Positions 54,195-64,000 of a stretch of DNA of 64,000 nt are shown here, piece after piece. Location: the NCBI GenBank assembly GCA_963782915.1, contig CAWALK010000018.1, positions 160,001 to 224,000 of the forward strand, in the 5' to 3' direction. A program made the translations under genes and the position numbers. This DNA comes from an uncultured archaeon. Its GTDB lineage: Archaea > Thermoproteota > Bathyarchaeia > Bathyarchaeales > Bathycorpusculaceae. A model generated the notes under the pieces. That model had not been told where the DNA came from. It did no database searches and worked only from the letters and a program-made list of their open reading frames with translations. Every line of letters begins with the position of its first letter. The stretch's first letter is position 1.

Positions 54195-55296
54195 CTAAGT
54201 TACCACGTCAAGCAGTTTCCGTTTCCGTATTGCCCGTTTAATTTCCATAGCGACACGCTTGCCTGGGCCAACTTCCACGCCGTACTTGTATTTCATGTAG
54301 GGCGAGGTTGGTTCGACACAGGGGCAGCCTGGAACACGTGGGCTAACATCGAAAACACGGAACTCTAAGTCTTTGGTTACTGCGCCTTGCAGGGCGAATA
54401 AGCCGATCATGCCTGGCGCGAACTCTTTTTTGCAGATGTGTACCCAGCGTTCTGCGGCTTCAAAGATTTTTTCCAGCTGGCTTTCCCGCATGGTTACGCC
54501 CATGTGGCCGATTTCGATGTTCTGGGTTGCAACGTTAAGTTCAAGTTGTTCCCGTGCTGGCAAGTCGAGGACGCCGTCGAGGTCTGTTTGGATGCGGCGA
54601 TCAAAGCCCAAGAGGTCGATGTCGTCGTTTAGGGGTGAGTAGAAGTAGTTTGCGTTGAATTTCGCGCCTAAAACGTATTCTTCGATGACTGAGGTTTCGA
54701 GTGCTTCGCGGGTGATGATGCCTGCTTTGATGCGTTTTTCTGCTTCCCGCTCATACTCTTCAGGAGCTGGAGGCGTAGAAGAAGGCGCGCTCGATTGTTC
54801 TGCCTTTTTCGGGTACTTTGACGATTACTGGGCAGTTGATTTCTTTGGGTGATTTGAAGGCTTTGGGAATTGCTATGCCTGCTTCTTTGAGGAGCCAGAG
54901 TTGGTTTTTGGGTGTGTTGCGTTCTTCGGTTCTTAGGAGGTTGCGGCTGCCCATTAGGGGTACAGTGAAGTTTTGTTCGATGGCATCGTAGCCTGCGTAG
55001 ACGCTGAAAGATCGGTTGGGCACAAAAACCGTGTTTAGGTCGGTTAGTTGCTTGACGGTTTCGGGTTTTGTGATGTCTGAGAATTGGTCGAGGAAGATGA
55101 ATTCGTCGAATATGTTGCGGTAGTATCTTGCGTAGGTTTTTTCTCTGCCGTTTTGGCATACCACGACGGTTTTGAAGCCTTCCTGTTTAGCGCCTGACGC
55201 AATCTCCAACGCGGAATGTGACCCTAAAACGCCAATGTGGATTTTTTCGGGGTCATAACTCATTAGGACTTGTTTGATTTTATCTTGCATATTCAT
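54195..55296 (-). CDS. PurP-like ATP-grasp paralog (frameshifted)
   Basis: VLGSHSAL, VPNRSF, ERAFF, RIQT-LDG, GLFALQ and DVSPRVPG. Confidence 0.88.
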
Positions 55297-55326
55297 GCTT
55301 TTTCACCCATAAACTCTTTGTAATCA

Positions 55327-56354
55327 TCAATAACTTGCGGCAGCTTCGGTGTGTCGAAGAGTTGTCTTGCCGCTCATTTCGTTGGCTACTGCCATGTACA
55401 TTTGGCTGATGACTGTTTTAAGTTTAGGATCCAATTTCGGTGGCTTGGATTTGCACAGGGCCTTCCAGTCTTGGATGCCTTTGGCTTCAGCTTCTTTCTT
55501 AGCTTGTTCCAAGTCAGTGTACCAACTGGTTTTTTTGTAGTATTGGCGGGCAACTTCTTTGCTCACGTGCACTCCGCCGAATGTGAAGCGGCATTCATCC
55601 AAGTGTGCCTAAGACGTCGACGAGCATGAGTTTTCTTTTGTCGTCGAAGGCTAATTCGATTTTGCCGTCTTCATTTTTTAAGCCTGCGTTTGAGGCGGCT
55701 TTGGTGATTGTTTGGTCTGCTTTTAGCAGGACCGCTTTGACATCGACTAATTCGGCGTCGGTTAAACCTGCGATTTTTTGAGCTTCAGTCCATGTGACGT
55801 AGCGGTCGGTTTCTTCAAGCTTTGTGCTGACGTCAAAGATGGGTTTGGATAGGGTTTCGCCTGGTTGTGGCTGGTGATCTAAACCGAGGTCTGCTAAGGT
55901 AACTTTGCCTTGTGCTAAGCGTTTGAATACGGAGGAGCCTTCGGGTAGGCCGTTGCGGTAGATGATTTCGAGTGGGATGAGGCAGTTTTTGAGTGAGGGT
56001 GTATATTGGCTGTAGTCGTGGATTATTTTGTTGTTGACTACGCTTGTGTTTGGCTTGTAAACGTTGACTAATGAGACTTCCATGATGCTGGAGGGTTCCT
56101 TGAGTTCAGCAACTCGGAGGGCTTTGCCTTTATGCATCGACTAAGCCGCGGTAGTGGGTTTTAACGCCCAGCTTCTCAAGTTGCTCAAAGCAGTATGCAC
56201 CCATCAAACACAGGGCGGCGCCTTTGCCTTCAATGTGATCGGGCATTTCTCCCCAATCAAAAACGCTGTAACGATCAGAAAACAGGAATCGCCCTGTTCC
56301 CATAGCATTCTGGGTTGGTTTCTGGATTACTTGTAAATCTTTTACGCTGCCCAT
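55327..56354 (-). CDS. purC: SAICAR synthetase (frameshifted into three ORFs)
   Basis: [40 protein letters not shown] and SKE. Confidence 0.92.
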
Positions 56355-56482
56355 CGTGATTGCCTCAGTTGCCTGTGAATATTTGTTTTTGTACTTATAT
56401 CGCTTTATCCTGCTAAAAAAGCGAATTCCCTCACAACAAAAGAGTTGCTAGTAGCAAAAGTTATTTATCCATAACAAAGCGG

Positions 56483-57694
56483 ATGGGCTACTATAATCAT
56501 GAGCCAATTTGGGGCGGGGAAAACATGGTGGCGCAAGAACAACTGCAAACTGCACAAACAAGATTCGTTAACTCACCAGTGACTTCGTTGGAACTAGCGC
56601 CTAAGCGATGGTTCTGCACTGGCTTAGAAGTTTCGGGGCGCACTATTAGACAAGAATCTGAATCGCCCACCAATTTTATGGAAATACTAAATCGTTCAGT
56701 GATCACTTGGATTGACTATATCACTGATGATCCCGTAAAGGATCTGCCGGTTGTAGCTGCACAGATGGGTTTTAGCGAATCATTTATCTCGAATTTATCT
56801 TGTTGTGATCAGCTAAATTATTCAGATTTTGATAATGAAATGTGGTTGACTTTTCCCACCATTCAAATCAGGGGAACCGATGTAAAAGCGTACTCAATGA
56901 TCGTTTTGATTAGAAAAAACCTCATTGTTACATTTCATATTCGTTTGGTTGATAAAAGATTTCTGAGGCTTAGAAGATACTCGGAGACAATTCTACGAAA
57001 AATCCCCACCGACATTAAACCGGAAGATAGACTCACGATTCTACTTTCCCGCATTTTGGAAGCTAACAATGACAGCAACTTTAGGCACTTACGGATAATC
57101 GAAGAATTTGGAGACGAACTGAACAAGGACTTGATGGATAAAGACTGCGATAAATCCGTTTTGGGTCCAAAAATCTATGAAATGAAGCATGCACTCATCA
57201 TCTACCTTAATGCACTTTGGGAAAGTGTAGATGTACTACAAGCAATCCGCAATGGCGATGCCGAACTTCTTACAGATGACCCTAAACTTGTGAACATGGT
57301 CGGCGCTATGGTGGAACAGGTCAAGAATCAAATTGGATTGTCCGAGCACATGTCCGAGGTGTTAGCGTCAGGAATAGAAGCCACCCAAGCAATCTATAAC
57401 AACCAATTGACCATAGCAAACAATCAGTTGACTATTTCAAACAATCGACTAACAGTGCTAAACAACAGGTTTGCGAAACTAGTTGCTTACCTAACATTGA
57501 TTGGGACAGTGCTATTAATACCCAACACTATGGCCACCATGCTTGGTAACTCTGTTTGGGTTTTTGGGCCAGAATCTATGGGTGTATACTTAACGCTTTT
57601 TATTGGAGCTACGGTGGTTGGCACAATAGTGATGTGGTATTGGATGAAGAAATCTGGTTTGCTAGATGAAACCCCAACACAAGAGAGCAAATAG
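56483..57694 (+). CDS. CorA-family divalent cation transporter (atypical)
   Basis: WIDY funnel domain, long stalk helix and two C-terminal TMs with IPNT; the GMN position reads LGN. Confidence 0.8.
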   Translation: MGYYNHEPIWGGENMVAQEQLQTAQTRFVNSPVTSLELAPKRWFCTGLEVSGRTIRQESESPTNFMEILNRSVITWIDYITDDPVKDLPVVAAQMGFSESFISNLSCCDQLNYSDFDNEMWLTFPTIQIRGTDVKAYSMIVLIRKNLIVTFHIRLVDKRFLRLRRYSETILRKIPTDIKPEDRLTILLSRILEANNDSNFRHLRIIEEFGDELNKDLMDKDCDKSVLGPKIYEMKHALIIYLNALWESVDVLQAIRNGDAELLTDDPKLVNMVGAMVEQVKNQIGLSEHMSEVLASGIEATQAIYNNQLTIANNQLTISNNRLTVLNNRFAKLVAYLTLIGTVLLIPNTMATMLGNSVWVFGPESMGVYLTLFIGATVVGTIVMWYWMKKSGLLDETPTQESK

Positions 57695-57749
57695 GGCGAG
57701 GGTTCTGGAAATTACAAATTAATTATACGCCAAGGGAATACTAGGAAGG

Positions 57750-58366
57750 TGTGCCTTAGCGTTTTTTTTGTCTATCCTTGTTAGCGGTTGCTTTAGTTTT
57801 CGCTTCTCCAACTACCAAAGCAACAGAAGCAAGTGGCATAATCAAGTTTAATACTGCTTGGAGCTGGTGACGTTTTAACCGAATTGTATATGACATCGGG
57901 TTAGTGGCCTACCTTAGTGAGTATATAAAGAAAGCCCTCTCCGTTTTCCTCATACCAAGCATGGGTTTACCAGATACTTTTCAGTCTTAGTGCAATTTCT
58001 ATTTCAGCACAGACCAAAAACGCCAGTCAACTAAGTAAGCAGCCAAGACACCATATACACCAAGACAGACAGTCCCCACACGTTTACTGGCGCAGTCGGC
58101 GTCGCTGAGAGTGTTATTTTAAGGATTGAAACAAGAGACCGTAGACCTTGGCACTTATTATTTGGAAGTAAGGGCAACCTAAATGCGGAGGGCAAAGCCA
58201 ATGCGACACTTACACCCTTAGCCATAGACTCTATAACTGCCAATCAGGCGGCCAAACAATCAGGATATCGCTCAATGGAACCGGTGTATTTACTACGGTG
58301 GGAGGCATTGGGGTTTTGTTGGTTGGCATTCTTGTGAGGATGAATAGAAAAAACCAAAGACCCTGA
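57750..58366 (+). pseudogene. Remnant of a secreted/membrane-anchored protein gene
   Basis: Signal-peptide-like LLAVALVFASPTTKATEASGII near 57780 and a TM-plus-basic tail (GIGVLLVGILVRMNRKNQRP*) near 58300-58366, with stops between. Confidence 0.35.
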
Positions 58367-58434
58367 GATATCATCTTTTAAAGTGACTCTTAAAAGGGAA
58401 ATCACATATTCTATAACAGGTAGGACTGTTTTTT

Positions 58435-58926
58435 ATGGCTGATACAAAAACCATGCCACAGGAAGTACTAGAAGATTACATAGCGGAATTTCTCTTACAA
58501 AACAATATGTGTGTGTTGGCGACTTGTAGTGAAGATATTCCTCGTGCGACACCGATTGAATACCGCAGCAAAGGGACCGCTCTATATTTTGTTGGCGAAC
58601 AAGGCATAAAACTCAAGAATATAGCAAACAATCCCAACGTCAGCATAGGCATCTATTTTCCCTACACGGGAATGGCCAGCGCCAAAGGAGCACAAATCAC
58701 AGGAAAAGCCACAATAATACAAAGAGACACTGGAGAATTCAAAGATGGCTTGGAGGCTTACCAGTGGGAAAAAACCGCCAAAGAATTTGATTTGCAAGAG
58801 TTTCCCAAATCTTTGGAGCTAATTCGTGTTGACCCATCAAAAGTGGAATTAACGGATATGTCTCTAAAGAAAAAAGGTTACAGTCCACGCCAAATATGGA
58901 GTTTAGACAGGTCAAAAGATGATTAA
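58435..58926 (+). CDS. Pyridoxamine 5'-phosphate oxidase-like (split-barrel flavin-binding) protein
   Basis: VLAT..PRATP..K..NI..NP-VS..GAQITG-A. Confidence 0.85.
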   Translation: MADTKTMPQEVLEDYIAEFLLQNNMCVLATCSEDIPRATPIEYRSKGTALYFVGEQGIKLKNIANNPNVSIGIYFPYTGMASAKGAQITGKATIIQRDTGEFKDGLEAYQWEKTAKEFDLQEFPKSLELIRVDPSKVELTDMSLKKKGYSPRQIWSLDRSKDD

Positions 58927-58969
58927 ATGGTTATAAGATAGGCTGAGATTTAGTTCTAAGCGAGGTTTT

Positions 58970-59176
58970 TTGATGAAAGTTAAGATACGTGAGAATGGCC
59001 CTATTATGCTTGAAACAAAAGGGGAAGCAAAACTCACACAGAATGGAGAGGAAAAAACAGTCTCAGCTCCGATGGTGGCGCTGTGTCGCTGTGGGCAGAG
59101 CAAGAACATGCCCTTCTGTGATGGTGCACATGCTAAAGCCAACTTTAAGGCGCCCGCAGCCGAATTAGATCTCTAA
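58970..59176 (+). CDS. CDGSH iron-sulfur domain protein
   Basis: NGP..ALCRCGQSKNMPFCDGAH. Confidence 0.92.
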   Translation: MMKVKIRENGPIMLETKGEAKLTQNGEEKTVSAPMVALCRCGQSKNMPFCDGAHAKANFKAPAAELDL

Positions 59177-59364
59177 TCCGACTAAGGTTGCACTTTTTAT
59201 TTTCGGGCTAGAACAGCGAGATCATAAGGCGTCTGCGAAATATTCGGAAAACCGAAAACTGCTTATATACTACTGCCTCAGATGAAAGGTTAGTGGAAAC
59301 AATGTTTCCATGTCCGAAAGTAATCACATTCTTCGAATCAAAAGAACTTTAGAGGTAGAAAGAA

Positions 59365-59532
59365 ATGACAAGTAAAAAATCAAAAAGCCCTGAATTAACT
59401 CACAAAACAGACTATACCAAATTTAAACCCAAAGAAGCAGCCAAAAAGAAATATCAAAACACCAAAAGAGTTGACACATTTTCCCCCGTTTCAAATGAAG
59501 AGGAAACCCAAAAACCAGCTAAGCACAGCTAA
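59365..59532 (+). CDS. 55-aa Lys-rich microprotein (not in the ORF track)
   Basis: GAGGT SD upstream; MTSKKSKSPELTHKTDYTKFKPKEAAKKKYQNTKRVDTFSPVSNEEETQKPAKHS. Confidence 0.5.
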   Translation: MTSKKSKSPELTHKTDYTKFKPKEAAKKKYQNTKRVDTFSPVSNEEETQKPAKHS

Positions 59533-59841
59533 TAGTTGATGTATCCTTTTCTTTGAATTTACTGATAAGATGTGGCTAACTGGGCGGTAATCCTCCCCCA
59601 AAACAAGATGCAGACGAGGGTTTACTTGAACCTGTTAACAGTCGTAGACTTTCAGAACAGTTTTTAGCCTAACTACTTGCAGTTCCGAAAACTTTTCATT
59701 TCCTAATTCGGACAATCAAGCTCATTGTTCAGAATTCCGATAGCCAACTTCAGTGCTAATTCCAGATTGTATTGTGCTATCATTTGATTGATTTGTCGTT
59801 CAATGCAAGTTTAGCAATTGCTAGTTCAACCGCTGATTTAA

Positions 59842-59990
59842 TCTATATATAAGGGAGGGGGTCGTTGGCAGAGCAACAGAAGTTGCCTATTTATTCTTTA
59901 AATAAGGGAGGGGTAGGTACCTCTGAGGTAGGTAGATCCTGTCTTTTTCCTTTTTCATAGGGGATAGGGAGTCACTTCAAAGCAACAAAC
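59842..59990 (+). repeat. Dispersed G-rich intergenic repeat, copy E (3 units)
   Basis: Three units about 52-56 bp apart; units 2-3 are colinear with the reverse complement of copy B. Confidence 0.85.
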
Positions 59991-60002
59991 CCCAAACAGC
60001 AA

Positions 60003-60482
60003 CTATTTGAGTTTCTTAATGGATTCGTTGGCTTTCTCTAAGTCTTTACGCTTAGAATCCTGATAAGCCTTAACATTAGCCAATAACTCTGCGTTTTCAA
60101 GCGCCAATATTTTTGCGGTTGCAATCGCTGCCCCTTCAGGCTCAATCGTCACAACACTGCCAATCCCGCTTGGGACACGCAATGAAGAGTAAATGTCTGC
60201 TCCGCCAAATTTATCGCTGTAAGGTGGACAAGCAATAACGGGCTTCGCCGTGTTTCCGTCCATAAACGCGCTTAACGCATTTGAGCGACCAGCAATAGTG
60301 ACATAAACAACTTTTTGGTCTTCGAATTCTTTGAGGATTTCCAGCACAGCCAAAGGCGTCTTATGCGCAGAAGCCACCCGAAACTCATAGTCAACACCCA
60401 AAAGTTTGAGGTACTTTGCGATTTCCCGCGAAAAATCCAAATCCCGCTCGGAACCCATAACAATGATTGCCTTGCCAGCCAT
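60003..60482 (-). CDS. purE: N5-CAIR mutase / AIR carboxylase
   Basis: MGS-RD, SAHKTP, AGRSNAL and PVIACP. Confidence 0.93.
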   Translation of the reverse strand: MAGKAIIVMGSERDLDFSREIAKYLKLLGVDYEFRVASAHKTPLAVLEILKEFEDQKVVYVTIAGRSNALSAFMDGNTAKPVIACPPYSDKFGGADIYSSLRVPSGIGSVVTIEPEGAAIATAKILALENAELLANVKAYQDSKRKDLEKANESIKKLK

Positions 60483-60612
60483 AACTATCACAGCTTAAGC
60501 TAACTGATAAGTGGCTAATTAATTTTTAATCCTAACTATTCTGTTGCTGCAGCGTTACAGTCACACTTGCTTATCAGCTTACACGCCACAAAAGTACTGG
60601 TAGGGAAACGTT

Positions 60613-61098
60613 ATGGCTCAGGAAAGTTTCAAGCAACCAAAAGAAGCACAATTACTAAAACAACTCATCGGCGAATGGCTAGTCGGCATCGCCATGAAAA
60701 CCCCCGACGAAAAAGTGGTGGCTGGCTGCGGCGAAATGACAGCAGTCGAAACCGAATCGGGCATAAACTCGGAAATCAACACAGAAATCGAAGACTATGA
60801 AGACTACTATGAAAACGACCTCTGGAGCTTTGACCCAACCAAAAACGAAGTGCACCTATTCAGAACGACATCAGAAGGCCAAATCCATGACCATGTTGGA
60901 AAATGGAAAGACGAAACCACACTCGAATTGAAATGGCAGGGAACCTTTGAGGATCAAGAACAAGAAAAACACATCATCGCCAAATGGGTAACCAAAGACC
61001 AGATTGAACTAAGAGAAACCAACTATTCACACGGCAAACAAATACTCGAAACCGACTACGTGTTCAAAAGAAAAGAAGAAGCTAACCAAGCAGATTAA
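60613..61098 (+). CDS. DUF1579-like beta-barrel hypothetical protein
   Basis: L..LIGEW motif, SFDP, beta-rich. Confidence 0.6.
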   Translation: MAQESFKQPKEAQLLKQLIGEWLVGIAMKTPDEKVVAGCGEMTAVETESGINSEINTEIEDYEDYYENDLWSFDPTKNEVHLFRTTSEGQIHDHVGKWKDETTLELKWQGTFEDQEQEKHIIAKWVTKDQIELRETNYSHGKQILETDYVFKRKEEANQAD

Positions 61099-61567
61099 GC
61101 AAAATATTAGTCAAATTCTTTGCAGCCACCTGCAATTCAGGGCTCAACTCCTCCCCGAACCCCATAATTTTAGGCTCAACCAGAAGCAACCTGATTTTTG
61201 CGCCAGTAGACTTCTCCACATATTCACAGAACAACCGCAGCGGCAGCATGTGCGAAGAGATTGCGGAAAACGCTGCAACCTCATTCAACTTTACAAGGCT
61301 AGCTTCCCCAGGTTTACATCCCAAAACTGCAGCATCAATCAGAAGCACATGAGAAGGCTTGAACTCCTCAATATCAAGCAGGTAACCTTCAGGAACCATC
61401 TCACACTCCAAAAGACAAACACTATCAGGAACTTTACCATGCATGCCCTCAAGGATTTTTAAACCGACATTGTCATCTTGGCGAATTGGGTTCCCAACGC
61501 CAACTACTACAACCCGTTTTTTGCCTTGGAACCAATCGTTTAGGTCCTTCTCAATGCTGCTATTCAT
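61082..61567 (-). CDS. hycI: Hydrogenase maturation endopeptidase (HycI-like)
   Basis: GVGNPIRQDD-VG, PE, LIDAA and SSH-LPL. Confidence 0.92.
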   Translation of the reverse strand: MNSSIEKDLNDWFQGKKRVVVVGVGNPIRQDDNVGLKILEGMHGKVPDSVCLLECEMVPEGYLLDIEEFKPSHVLLIDAAVLGCKPGEASLVKLNEVAAFSAISSHMLPLRLFCEYVEKSTGAKIRLLLVEPKIMGFGEELSPELQVAAKNLTNILLNLLG

Positions 61568-61709
61568 TTTATAACCAATGAAAAGGTCGTTTGAAGCTAG
61601 AAAAAGCTTACCATACAAAAAGGTTCTACTCTTTTACCGCAATAACTAAAAGCACAATACCGTGTAATTGTGATTGACCAATAAAGATAGGTGATTTATC
61701 CTGACGAAA

Positions 61710-61922
61710 GTGGTAACAGTTCGAGTCCCAGAATTCTTATCAGAAAAAGATGTAAGAATAGCTGCAGCAGTGGAAGCCTTCAGGAAGGGTTCAATAAGTG
61801 TTGGGAAAGCAGCTGAAATCGCTGAAGTTCCAATCCAAGAGTTTCTAGTCGAGCTAAAGACAAGAGGCGTAAAAGCGTATTCTTACTCAGACAAGGAAGC
61901 TCTCAAGGAGCTCATGTTTTGA
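61710..61922 (+). CDS. UPF0175 family antitoxin
   Basis: A-E-FR-G-ISVGKAAEIA..EF..L..RGV. Confidence 0.88.
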   Translation: MVTVRVPEFLSEKDVRIAAAVEAFRKGSISVGKAAEIAEVPIQEFLVELKTRGVKAYSYSDKEALKELMF

Positions 61923-62415
61923 GCAAAGCCGTTCTTAACTCATCTGTTATAATAGCATTAAGCAACACTGGTTACCTCAAAAACATCAAAAAGCATTATT
62001 TGCAGAAACCCTGATAGCTAAAGCTGTCTACCAGGAAATCTGCCTTGCAGGAAAAGGACTTGCTGGCTCAAACGAACTCGAAGAAGCAGTCAACAAACAC
62101 AGCATAGAAGTAAAGGAACCAAAAAACACCGTTCTCGTTACCGCTCTACTGGATCCATTAGCTATAGGGGAAGCAGAAACAATTACTTTAGCCATAGAAA
62201 TGCATGCAGACGTGATAGTGCTCGATGATAAAGCTGCTCGACGGAAAGCCAAAGCATTAAAGTTAAACATGATTGGAACCTTGAGAATCTTGCGAATGCT
62301 CTATGATGCTAAAATTATTGACAAAACAGAACTTATAAAATCGTTAACCGTATTGCGAGAAACCGGTTTTAGAATAAGCGATGAAGTCATAAACAGAGTA
62401 ACAAAAGAACTCTAA
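61919..62415 (+). CDS. DUF3368 PIN-domain toxin (frameshifted)
   Basis: TTG start MSKAVLNSSVIIALS, AVYQE, GEAETI-LA, LDD-AAR, GTL-IL and GFRIS. Confidence 0.85.
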
Positions 62416-62448
62416 AACAAAAAAGAAAAAACCCAAAAAAGGGTTTAG

Positions 62449-63910
62449 TTAGCGACTAAGCTTTTGGATTACTTGCTTGTCTGCGTTGACGACTTCAACA
62501 GTTAACGGCATCTGCCCAACCGCGCTGTGGGTTGCACAGCCAAAGCATGGGTCATATGCGCGGAAAGCCATCTCAACCATGTTGAGGATGCCTTGGTCGA
62601 CTTTGCCGTTGTGTATTAAGCCTTTTGCTGCGTCGCGGATGCTCATGCAGATTGCGGGGTAATTGTTGGTGGTTGCAACGACTAAGTTTACGTCTGTAAC
62701 TAGGGCCTCTTTGTCGAGTGTGTAGTGGTGGATTAGTGTGCCGCGTGCTGCTTCAACGATGCCGACTCCTTCGGTGGGTTCGCCGGGTTTGTTGCGTATG
62801 TTGGTGCTTGTGATTTCTGGGTCTTTGACAAGTTCCATTGCACGTTCAGTGGCGTATAGTAACTCGATGAGTCTTGCCCAATGGAACGCGAGTGTGCTGT
62901 GGACTGGTTTGCCGCCGAAGGTCTTGTACATTTGCTCGTATTCTGCCTGTGCCAAGGGTGTTGCCATACCATTTGAAGCATTAAGCCTGCCTAATGGGCC
63001 AACACGGTAAACGCCGCTGTCCATGCCTGCAGTTTGTCCTTTCCAGCCGACTGCTTTGAGGTATGGGAATTTGCTGTATGTCCATTCTTCAACGTGTTCG
63101 CCGATGTGCTTGAGGTAATCTTGGCTGTTGAATTTGAGGAATTCTTGGCCTTTCGGGTCAACTACGCGGATTTTGCCGTCGTAGAAGTTGACTTTGTTGT
63201 TCTCGTCAACCATGCCCATGTAGTAGGTTGGCATTGTGTAGGCTTGGCTTTTGATTAAGCCGACATATTTGGCGTTGCCCAAGACGATGTCATGGAAGAG
63301 TTTGAGTGTGAACTGGGCGAAGTCTTTGCATGAAGCAGCCATCCGCTCGATTTCTTGGCGGTTAGCTTCGCTTAGAGCCTTGGACATTCCGCCGGGTAAG
63401 CCGCAGACTGGATGAGTGGATTTGCCGCCGATTATCTCAGTGATTTTCTGTCCATATGCACGGTGTTTTATGACGTCTTTGGCTACGTCCATGCCTGCTT
63501 TTTCGATGACGCCTAGGATGTTGCGTTTTTCTGGCGGTGCATCGATGCCAACGATGAAGTCTGGGCCGCCGAGGTAGTAGAAGTGGAGTGTGTGGTCGTA
63601 GATGAAGTAGGCCATGTACATGAGTTCTCTGAGTTTCTTTGCTGGGTGCGGTTGGTTCAACGTTGAATGCTTGGTCGAGTGCTTTTGTTGCTGCAAAGTG
63701 GTGTGCGACTGGGCAGACACCGCAGATGCGGCTGGTGAGTTGGGGCATGAGTTCTGCTTTTCTTCCGATACAGAATTTCTCGAATCCACGGAGCTCGGGG
63801 ATTTTGAGGTAGGCGTTTTCTACTTCGCCTTTATCGTTGAGGAAGATGGATACGTTTCCGTGTCCTTCAAGCCTTGTTATTGGGTCAATAATAATTTCTT
63901 TCGCGGTCAT
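62449..63910 (-). CDS. mvhA: Group 3 (MvhA-like) [NiFe] hydrogenase large subunit (frameshift near 63650)
   Basis: DPITRLEGH, RGFE, RICGVC, EAARG-L-H and DPCFGCATH followed by a cleavable C-terminal tail. Confidence 0.9.
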
Positions 63911-64000
63911 TTCTTAATCACCTTACGTTTAAGGATAGATGCTGGTAGACTGTACATGTAGAATGTGCCAGTTGGGTCTTTGATTTGGCCGATTAATTCT
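63907..64000 (-). CDS. 3' end of the hydrogenase small subunit (MvhG-like), partial
   Basis: ELIGQIKDPTGTFYMYSLPASILKRKVIKK* overlaps the large-subunit ATG. Confidence 0.75.
   Translation of the reverse strand, partial: ELIGQIKDPTGTFYMYSLPASILKRKVIKK

Noticed and set aside
53106-55296. Two adjacent purP paralogs as a novelty
   Set aside because: Paired PurP-family genes are common in archaeal purine clusters.

Overview
This is a chromosomal window from an archaeon, most likely Bathyarchaeia (TACK). That inference rests on unsplit Rpo1 and Rpo2, aIF-2alpha, an EF-2 paralog without the diphthamide His loop, PQQ-type beta-propeller surface proteins, tandem tungsten AOR operons, a group 3 NiFe hydrogenase and an intron-containing tRNA-Leu. 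Many genes, including essential ones, are broken by single-base indels, so the split ORFs are treated as long-read assembly errors rather than pseudogenes. The strongest signal is a translationally coupled three-gene operon (12118->8754) encoding a short SMC5/6-like ATPase, a kleisin with an Nse4-like C-terminus (hidden behind a frameshift) and a tandem winged-helix Nse1/Nse3(MAGE)-like KITE, i.e. a candidate minimal archaeal SMC5/6 holocomplex. The second is an unannotated dispersed intergenic repeat family (TATA-like AT run + GGGGAGGGG + GGTC..GCAGAGCAACAAA) at five loci, with a 38-bp perfect match between two copies 53 kb apart. Other observations: a toxin-antitoxin mini-island bounded by tRNA(CAT) and a decayed copy of its 3' half, four TA modules, a NifB-like radical SAM protein that has lost its Cys ligands, a CorA with a heptad-repeat stalk expansion and no GMN motif, and several small-protein families. 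All family assignments come from motif recognition by eye; no searches were run.
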